Below, in pieces: positions 56,425 through 64,000 of a stretch of DNA of 64,000 nt (position 1 is its first letter; each line of letters begins with the position of its first letter). This DNA is from Candidatus Latescibacterota bacterium (lineage in GTDB: Bacteria > Latescibacterota > UBA2968 > UBA8231): positions 2,464,001-2,528,000 of the forward strand of contig OZ220089.1 of NCBI GenBank assembly GCA_964291625.2, read 5' to 3'. Position numbers and translations under genes: made by a program. The notes under the pieces were generated by a model. The model had not been told where the DNA came from and made no database searches. It saw only the letters and a list, made by a program, of their open reading frames with translations.

Positions 56425-57744
56425 TCAGTAGTCCTGCAAGGTTGCCTGTGCTTCCTGCTGCAAGCGGGTCAGGGAGCTCTTCACCTCGGCCCCTTGAACC
56501 ACCCTCACCACGGTGCGGCTGATCAGCCGGCGCACCGCCTCGTACCCGGGCAGGGACGGCTCCGCCTTTCCGTACTCGAGCAACTGGTAGGCGCTGGCAT
56601 ACCGGGGATTCTGCTCGAGGTAGTCGGCGAGCAACCGCCGGGTGCTCTTGCGAGCGGGGAAGTAGTTGCTCGCCTTCACCCAGCGGGCCTGTTGCGGCGG
56701 CTCGGTGAACCACTTCAGGAAGAGCCAGGCGGCCAGCTGGCGCTCGGGTGTCGTGCGGCACACGGAGATGCTGGCGCCGTAGAAGTTGACCAGAGGCTCC
56801 GGCCCCGCCTGGGGCGGCGGCGCCACCCCCCAGTCGAAGTCCGCCCCCGAGGCCACTCCCTCCTGCACGAAGGGCAGCCCCGAGGTCGAGCGAAGCATGA
56901 ACAGAGCCTCTCCGATGTTGAATGCCGTCTGATCTCCATAGGCCTCCCCCATCAGCTCAACCGCCCCCTCCGCGGCCAGCTCCTGCATGAGCTGCAGGGA
57001 GGCGGCCATCTCCGGGGTGTCCAGCCGGTACGAGGTGCCCGCCGGATCGAGGAAATCCCCCCCGCGGGAGAAGGTCATCGACGCGGCCCGGGACGCATCC
57101 ACGTCGAGGACGAATCCAAGACTGCGCACCCCGGCCGGGTTTCCGCTGAAGGGCTGGTCCCGTGCGGCGCGGCACAGCCGGGCGAACTCCGCCCACGTCT
57201 CCGGTGGCCCGGGGGCTCCGAGCTCCCGCAGCCAGTCCAGATTGTGGTACAGGACCTCGATCGAGCGGTTCGGCGGCAAGGCGATCTGCCGTCCTTCGAT
57301 GCGGTCCTGAAGCAGGAAGGCCTCCACGTAGTCGGCCGCCGCCGCCGGATTCAGCCCCCACCTCGCGGAGGTCATGTACGGGATCAGGTCGACGATCCCG
57401 TCGGCCAGCAGGTATTCCCACGCCTGATTCTGGTAGGCCACCACGAGGTCCGCCACGCTGCCGCCCTGCAGTCCCACCACCATCTTGTTGTAAATGTCGC
57501 CGTAGCTCCCGGCGAATTCGCCGCGCACCTGGATCCCGTGCGGATTCGTCCCGTTGAAGTCGGCGATCATCTCCTGCAGGGCCTGCTCGCGGGCCCTCTG
57601 GTGCTGGTACCAGAACACGACCTCCTGGCCCTGCGGGTCCACCGCTTCCAGGTCGACCGCCGGTGCCGGCGCGTCCCCGCCGCCGCAGCCCGCGGCGAGC
57701 CCGGCGGCCGCCGCCATCCACCATTTGTGGAGCTTCGGCCTCAT
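56425..57744 (-). CDS. Carbohydrate/glycerol-phosphate ABC transporter substrate-binding lipoprotein
   Basis: Lipobox LAAGC, VVFWY, FNGTNP, AAWLFLKWFT. Confidence 0.88.
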   Translation of the reverse strand: MRPKLHKWWMAAAAGLAAGCGGGDAPAPAVDLEAVDPQGQEVVFWYQHQRAREQALQEMIADFNGTNPHGIQVRGEFAGSYGDIYNKMVVGLQGGSVADLVVAYQNQAWEYLLADGIVDLIPYMTSARWGLNPAAAADYVEAFLLQDRIEGRQIALPPNRSIEVLYHNLDWLRELGAPGPPETWAEFARLCRAARDQPFSGNPAGVRSLGFVLDVDASRAASMTFSRGGDFLDPAGTSYRLDTPEMAASLQLMQELAAEGAVELMGEAYGDQTAFNIGEALFMLRSTSGLPFVQEGVASGADFDWGVAPPPQAGPEPLVNFYGASISVCRTTPERQLAAWLFLKWFTEPPQQARWVKASNYFPARKSTRRLLADYLEQNPRYASAYQLLEYGKAEPSLPGYEAVRRLISRTVVRVVQGAEVKSSLTRLQQEAQATLQDY

Positions 57745-58529
57745 CCCTTCATCCCCGACATGGAGATGCCCTCCGTGAACTCCCTCTGCACCAGGGCATA
57801 CACCACCAGGACCGGCACCGTGGCGATCACCGCGCCCGCCATCTGCAGGTGGACCTCCGGACCGGCCTCGGTGACGAACTTCTGCAGGCCCACGGCGATC
57901 GGCCGCCACGCCGGGGTGTTGGTCACCAGCAGCGGCCAGCCGAGGGCGTTCCAGGAGCCGATGAAGGCGAGCATCCCCACCGTCAACAGGGGAGCGCGGC
58001 ACAAGGGCAACACCACCTGAAACAGAAAGCGCAGGTGGCCGGCGCCATCGATGCGGGCGGACTCCCACAAGTCGCCAGGGATCCCGCGCATGAACTGACG
58101 CAGCAGGAAGACACTGAAGGCGCTGGTCATGAAGGGAATCGTCAGGCCGGGCCAGTTGTTGAGCCAAGGCACCGGACTGACCCGGTGCAGCCCCGACACA
58201 GTGAGGAAGTTCGGCACCATGGTCACCGTCTCCGGCACCATGAGCGTCGCCAGGATGACGACGAAGATCGCCTCGCGGCCGGGGAATCGAATGCGGGCCA
58301 GGGGGTAGGCGGCCATCAGCGAGAACAGCAGAGTGCCGCCGACCACGAGGACCGAGATGATCACGGAGTTCACGAAATATAGACCGAAGTCCTCCTCGCT
58401 CCAGGCCACGGCGTAGTTGGCCCATTGCAGCGATGCCGGCAGGGCAGCCCGGCGGAGGGTCTCGCCCCGCGTCATGAAGGAGGACATGACCATCCACACG
58501 AAGGGGAAGGCGGCCAGCACGCCGGCCAT
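57741..58529 (-). CDS. Carbohydrate ABC transporter permease (MalG-like)
   Basis: PFVWMVMSSF, FPGR, ESARIDGAG EAA loop; true start may lie up to about 58595. Confidence 0.92.
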   Translation of the reverse strand: MAGVLAAFPFVWMVMSSFMTRGETLRRAALPASLQWANYAVAWSEEDFGLYFVNSVIISVLVVGGTLLFSLMAAYPLARIRFPGREAIFVVILATLMVPETVTMVPNFLTVSGLHRVSPVPWLNNWPGLTIPFMTSAFSVFLLRQFMRGIPGDLWESARIDGAGHLRFLFQVVLPLCRAPLLTVGMLAFIGSWNALGWPLLVTNTPAWRPIAVGLQKFVTEAGPEVHLQMAGAVIATVPVLVVYALVQREFTEGISMSGMKG

Positions 58530-58591
58530 GATCAGGCTGGCGGTGGTCAGTGGGCCGGTGAGACGGCGCGAATTTCCGGCTGTGGCAGCGA

Positions 58592-59722
58592 TCAGGTCTC
58601 TCCGTAGAACACGCGGCGGCCGAGCAGGCGGTTCTGGAAGAGGGTCAGGGCCAGGATGACGACGAACAGGACGAGGGCCAGGGTCGAGGCATAGCCGGCG
58701 TTGTGAAACTGGTAGATCTGGTCAAAGATCAGAATGCTGACCACGTCTACCGTGTCCTGGGCACCGGCGGTGCGCATGATGTAGATGTGGTTGAATGCCT
58801 TGAAAGTGCCGATCACGGCGATGAGGCTGACGAAGAACAGAGCTGGAGACAACAGGGGCAGGGTGACGTGGCGGAAGGTCTGCCAGGAACTGGCGCCGTC
58901 GATCTCTGCCGCTTCGAAGTAGTGCCGCGGGATCGCGCTCAGACCCGCCAGCAGGATCACGGTGTCATAGCCGATGTATACCCATACGTTGTACACGCAT
59001 ACGCAGACGAGGGCCAGGCTGGGGAAGGCCGCGTCCAGCCACGCCGGGCAGGACGCGCCCATGGCTTCGAGGAGAAGGGCGGCCAGGCTGCGGCTCTCGT
59101 ACAGCCAGCCCTGGTCCGAGCCGCCCAGACCCAGCCAGATCCGGTTGGCAAGCGACCCGGGATTGGGGCTGAAGATCGTGCGGAAGACGACCGCCGTGGC
59201 GATCATCGGGGTGATGTAGGGCAGGAAGAACAGGACGCGCAGGAACCCGCGTGCCGTGAGGACCCGGAACAGCATGTAGGCCAGCAACATCGCTCCGGCG
59301 ACCTCGAAGGGGATCGTGCCGAGAGCGTAGAAGGCCGTGACCTTCATGGCGTTGATCAGACGGACATCGCCGTTGGCGCCGAGGCCGAGGAGCCCGACGA
59401 GCAGCGACAGCCCCCCCGCCGCCAGGGCGAGGCCCCTTGCCCCCGGAGGGACCCGCCGGCTGCCCGGCGGGTCCCGGGACCACAGACTCAGGGCACACCA
59501 CAGGATGGCCAGTCCGGCCAGGGCGCACAGGATCCACTGCGGCTCCCCGAGGGCGCGCTCATAGTGGCGCCACCCGACGAAGGCCTCCCGCTTGATCCTC
59601 CACCGGTGCAGGCTGACGAACAGGGCATAACCGATCGGGAAGAGCCCGAACAGCCCCAGCACGAGCAGCGCCGGGGACATCAGCGCCCACGCCAGGAAGG
59701 CTTCGTTGCGACGGCCTGTCAA
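58592..59722 (-). CDS. Carbohydrate ABC transporter permease (MalF-like)
   Basis: SPALL, FFLPYI, EAAEIDGAS EAA loop, GYAS; TTG start at 59722 is inferred. Confidence 0.88.
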   Translation of the reverse strand: MTGRRNEAFLAWALMSPALLVLGLFGLFPIGYALFVSLHRWRIKREAFVGWRHYERALGEPQWILCALAGLAILWCALSLWSRDPPGSRRVPPGARGLALAAGGLSLLVGLLGLGANGDVRLINAMKVTAFYALGTIPFEVAGAMLLAYMLFRVLTARGFLRVLFFLPYITPMIATAVVFRTIFSPNPGSLANRIWLGLGGSDQGWLYESRSLAALLLEAMGASCPAWLDAAFPSLALVCVCVYNVWVYIGYDTVILLAGLSAIPRHYFEAAEIDGASSWQTFRHVTLPLLSPALFFVSLIAVIGTFKAFNHIYIMRTAGAQDTVDVVSILIFDQIYQFHNAGYASTLALVLFVVILALTLFQNRLLGRRVFYGET

Positions 59723-59766
59723 ACCGAAATGGAAGCGTCCCCGGAGCGGCCAGCTCCGGGGACGCT
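59722..59766 (-). terminator. Strong hairpin terminator after the tRNA operon
   Basis: Perfect 14-bp stem AGCGTCCCCGGAGC (59734-59747 and 59753-59766), followed on the minus strand by TCCATTTCGGTTT. Confidence 0.7.
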
Positions 59767-59792
59767 GAGGAGCGTCACGAACGTGACGCCGA

Positions 59793-59866
59793 TGGCTGCC
59801 CCCCAGGGATTCGAACCCCGATAACATGATCCAGAGTCATGTGTCCTACCATTGAACGAGAGGGCA
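59793..59866 (-). tRNA. tRNA-Gln(CTG)
   Basis: TGCCCTC acceptor arm, anticodon arm CATGA-CTCTGGA-TCATG, GTTCGAATC, encoded CCA. Confidence 0.97.
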
Positions 59867-59879
59867 TCACTGAGAGATC

Positions 59880-59971
<92 letters not shown>

Positions 59972-59996
59972 ACGGCACCCGAACCGCAGTCGTTTC

Positions 59997-60083
59997 TGGC
60001 GGAGGGCGAGGGACTCGAACCCTCAAGGGTGTGAACCCGGCGGTTTTCAAGACCGCTGCCTTACCAATTAGGTCTAGCCCTCC
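59997..60083 (-). tRNA. tRNA-Ser(TGA)
   Basis: GGAGGGC/GCCCTCC acceptor, GCGGT-CTTGAAA-ACCGC, long variable arm, GTTCGAGTC, GCCA end. Confidence 0.93.
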
Positions 60084-60120
60084 ACGGGCACAGCCCGCCG
60101 CCCAAGCAACCCAAGAGAGG

Positions 60121-60149
60121 AATATACACCCCCGGGTTTCTATCGTCAA
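60121..60149 (-). promoter_or_regulatory. sigma70 promoter of the tRNA operon
   Basis: Minus strand TTGACG, 17-nt spacer, TATATT, with an AT-rich UP-like tract (AAATAAA) upstream. Confidence 0.8.
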
Positions 60150-60200
60150 CCGCTTTATTTACAAGGAGATAGGTCCATGGCCAGCGGCGCTGGAGCTGCC

Positions 60201-62675
60201 TCATCCCAACTGGCCGTTGCCTCCCTCCTCGGCGTTGCCGTCTTCCGCCTCCACACCGACGACGCGGGTCATGTCAATGACCCGGTCGCCATCGTCGACG
60301 CTGATCACCCGCACTCCCTGGGTGTTCCGGCCGATGCAGGAAATGCTCTTCACGGACACCCTGATCATGATCCCCTGCTGGGTGATCACCATTACCTCGT
60401 CGTCGTCGTCGACCTGCTTGCAGGACACGACGGCACCGTTGCGGTCGCTGGTCTTGATGTCGATCACCCCCTTGCCGCCCCGGCGGCGCCGCGGATACTC
60501 CGAACACCCCGTGCGCTTGCCGTAGCCGTTCTCGCAGACCGTGAGCAGGGTTCCCTGCTCGCCGAGCACGACCATCTCCACCACCTCGTCGGCGCCCCTC
60601 AGGTCGATGCCCTTCACCCCGGTCGAGACCCGCCCCATGGATCGGACGTCCTTCTCGGAGAACCGCACGGCCATGCCCTCCCGCGTAGCCAGCAGCACAT
60701 CCTGCCCGGGCTCCACCAGGCCCGCGCCGATCAGGTCATCGTCGTCCTGGATCTTCAGGGCGATGATCCCGTCCCGGCGAACGTTGCCGTACGCGGACAG
60801 GACCGTCTTCTTCACCACGCCCTTCCGGGTGGCCGTGAACAGGAACCGGTCCTCGGTGAACGCGTCCACCGGGACCACGGCGCGCACCTCGTCCCCCTGG
60901 TCGAGTTGAAGAAGATTGACCAGCGGCCGTCCTCGGGCGGTTCGCTCCCCTTCGGGAATGCGGTAGACTTTGAGCCAGTGGCACTGCCCGCGAGCCGTGA
61001 GAAACAGGATGTAGGAGTGCGTGGAGGCGATGAAAAGCCGCTCCACGAAGTCTTCCTCCTTGGTGCGCATGCCTGTGACGCCCCTTCCCCCGCGGTGCTG
61101 GGTGCGGTAGGAGCTCGGGGACATGCGCTTGACGTAGCCCTCCCGGGAGATGGTCACCACCATGTCCTCTCGAGGGATGAGATCCTCCACGTCGAACTCC
61201 TCTGCGGAGTAGACGATCTCGGTGCGCCGATCGTCTCCGAAGCGCTCCCGAACCTCGGACAGCTCCTCCTTGAGGATGCCCATCTGCAGATCGCGGCTGT
61301 CGAGGACCGCCCGGAAGTGCACGATCGCTTCCTGCAGCTCCTGGTACTCGGCCTCGATCTTGTCCCGCTCCAGACCCGTGAGCCGCTGCAGCGGCATGGA
61401 CAGGATGGCATTTGCCTGGATCTCCGAAAGCTCGAAGCCGGCCATCAGCCGCCCGCGCGCCTCGCCGGGATCCGCCGAGTTGCGGATCAGCTCGATGACT
61501 GCATCGATATTGTCGAGGGCCACCCGCAGGCCCTCGAGGAGATGGGCGCGCGCCTCGGTCCGGGACAGGTCGAACCGGGTGCGCCGCAGCACGACCTCGT
61601 GGCGGTGGGAGAGGTAGTGCTCGCACAGCCTCTTCAGGTTGAGCGTCTCGGGCCGGCCGTCGACGATGGCGATGGCATTGACCCCGAAGTTCTGCTGCAA
61701 CATGGAGTGGCTGAACAGCTGGTTGAGGACGACCTCGCTCTGGGCGCCGCGCTTCAACTCGATGACGATGCGCAGTCCGGCACGACCCGACTCGTCGCGC
61801 AGGTTGGAGATCTCCTCCACCACCTTGTTGCGCACAAGGTCGGCCATCTTCTCCAGCAGCGTCGACTTGTCGACGAGGAAGGGGATCTGCGTGACGATGA
61901 TCCGCTCCCGGCCGTCGCGCTGCTCCTCCACGTGCGTGCGCGCTCGAAGCTGGATGATCCCCTGGCCTGTCCGGTAGGCGCGGCGAACGCCAGCCATACC
62001 GTGAATCACCCCGCCGGTGGGGAAGTCGGGGGCCTTGACGTGCTCCATCAAGGCGTCAATGGTCATCTCCGGCTCGTCGATCAGCGCCGCGAGGGCGTCA
62101 CAGACCTCGGTGACGTTGTGGGGGGGGATCTTGGTGGCGTAGGCCACGGAGATGCCGACCGATCCATTGCACAGCAGGTTGGGGAACCGGGACGGCAGGA
62201 CGGAGGGCTCGGTGCGGGTCTCGTCGTAGTTGTCGACCATGTCGACGGTATCGCGGTCGAGCTCCGCGAGCATCTCGACGGTGGCCGTCGTCATGCGCGC
62301 CTCGGTGTAGCGCATGGCCGCCGGAGGGTAGCCGTCGATGGAGCCGAAGTTGCCCTGGCCGTCGACGAGGGGGTACCGCAGCCGGAAGTCCTGCGCCAGG
62401 TGCACGAGGGTGGCGTACACGCCCTCGTCCCCGTGCGGATGGTAGTTGCCGGAGGTGTCGCCGGAGATCTTGGCGCACTTCCGGAACCCGCGGCCCGGGG
62501 CCAGGTTGAGATCGTTCATGGCCACCAGGATGCGGCGCTGGGAAGGCTTGAGGCCGTCGCGCACGTCCGGCAGGGCCCGGGCGGTGATGGCGCTCATGGC
62601 GTAGTCGAGGAAGGAGGTCTTCAACTCCTCCTCGATCTTCACCGGGATGATGCGGGGGTCGCGTGGCTCTGACAT
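60201..62675 (-). CDS. gyrA: DNA gyrase subunit A
   Basis: RALPDVRDGLKP, YHPHG, AAMRYTE (catalytic Tyr), GyrA-box QHRGGRG, C-terminal pinwheel repeats. Confidence 0.97.
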   Translation of the reverse strand: MSEPRDPRIIPVKIEEELKTSFLDYAMSAITARALPDVRDGLKPSQRRILVAMNDLNLAPGRGFRKCAKISGDTSGNYHPHGDEGVYATLVHLAQDFRLRYPLVDGQGNFGSIDGYPPAAMRYTEARMTTATVEMLAELDRDTVDMVDNYDETRTEPSVLPSRFPNLLCNGSVGISVAYATKIPPHNVTEVCDALAALIDEPEMTIDALMEHVKAPDFPTGGVIHGMAGVRRAYRTGQGIIQLRARTHVEEQRDGRERIIVTQIPFLVDKSTLLEKMADLVRNKVVEEISNLRDESGRAGLRIVIELKRGAQSEVVLNQLFSHSMLQQNFGVNAIAIVDGRPETLNLKRLCEHYLSHRHEVVLRRTRFDLSRTEARAHLLEGLRVALDNIDAVIELIRNSADPGEARGRLMAGFELSEIQANAILSMPLQRLTGLERDKIEAEYQELQEAIVHFRAVLDSRDLQMGILKEELSEVRERFGDDRRTEIVYSAEEFDVEDLIPREDMVVTISREGYVKRMSPSSYRTQHRGGRGVTGMRTKEEDFVERLFIASTHSYILFLTARGQCHWLKVYRIPEGERTARGRPLVNLLQLDQGDEVRAVVPVDAFTEDRFLFTATRKGVVKKTVLSAYGNVRRDGIIALKIQDDDDLIGAGLVEPGQDVLLATREGMAVRFSEKDVRSMGRVSTGVKGIDLRGADEVVEMVVLGEQGTLLTVCENGYGKRTGCSEYPRRRRGGKGVIDIKTSDRNGAVVSCKQVDDDDEVMVITQQGIMIRVSVKSISCIGRNTQGVRVISVDDGDRVIDMTRVVGVEAEDGNAEEGGNGQLG

Positions 62676-62732
62676 CGGTCTGGGATCTGGTGGGTGGAGG
62701 AAGCGATGGGCGGGCACTCCCCGCCCCGCGGG

Positions 62733-64000
<1,268 letters not shown>

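Noticed and set aside
59997-60083. Selenocysteine or opal-suppressor tRNA
   Set aside because: The anticodon is TGA (reads TCA, Ser), not TCA; stems are 7/5 rather than the 8/5 of bacterial tRNA-Sec

Overview
GC-rich bacterial chromosomal window with about 54 CDS, 3 tRNAs, and no CRISPR array, IS, integrase or prophage that I can support. The gene repertoire is consistent with an FCB-superphylum organism such as Ca. Latescibacterota or Gemmatimonadota (inference only). The clues are a short sigma70 lacking region 1.1, five PhyH-type Fe/2OG dioxygenases, four Gfo/Idh/MocA oxidoreductases, four amidohydrolases, two MlrC/M81 peptidases, two Cys-type sulfatases and two enolase-superfamily enzymes. 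Layout: 1-13.5 kb envelope and regulatory genes (M23 peptidase, Mrp, HEAT lipoprotein, UVR-domain protein, DksA-like, TolC, sugar-modification genes, csp, hemF); 13.6-41 kb a dense catabolic enzyme region; 41-64 kb almost entirely minus-strand genes (sigma factor, Fic, PolB-type exonuclease, purM, AddAB-like pair, lysC, sulfatase, fumC, sugar ABC, tRNA-Gln/Ser/Ser, gyrA, partial gyrB). Best leads, all untested: (i) an AddB-like nuclease and a nearby stand-alone DEDDy exonuclease that each carry a beta-clamp-binding-like motif; (ii) an attenuator-like 1:2/3:4 versus 2:3 structure directly behind tRNA-Gln and in front of a sugar ABC operon; (iii) a seven-gene operon with six consecutive 4-nt overlaps that embeds yciH/SUI1 among enzymes with non-canonical active sites; (iv) PhyH paralogs with HxH and HxS iron ligands; (v) a six-Cys DksA; (vi) gyrase with non-canonical quinolone-pocket residues. 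Two genes have single-base frameshifts that may be assembly errors. All calls come from motif reading by eye; no database searches were run.
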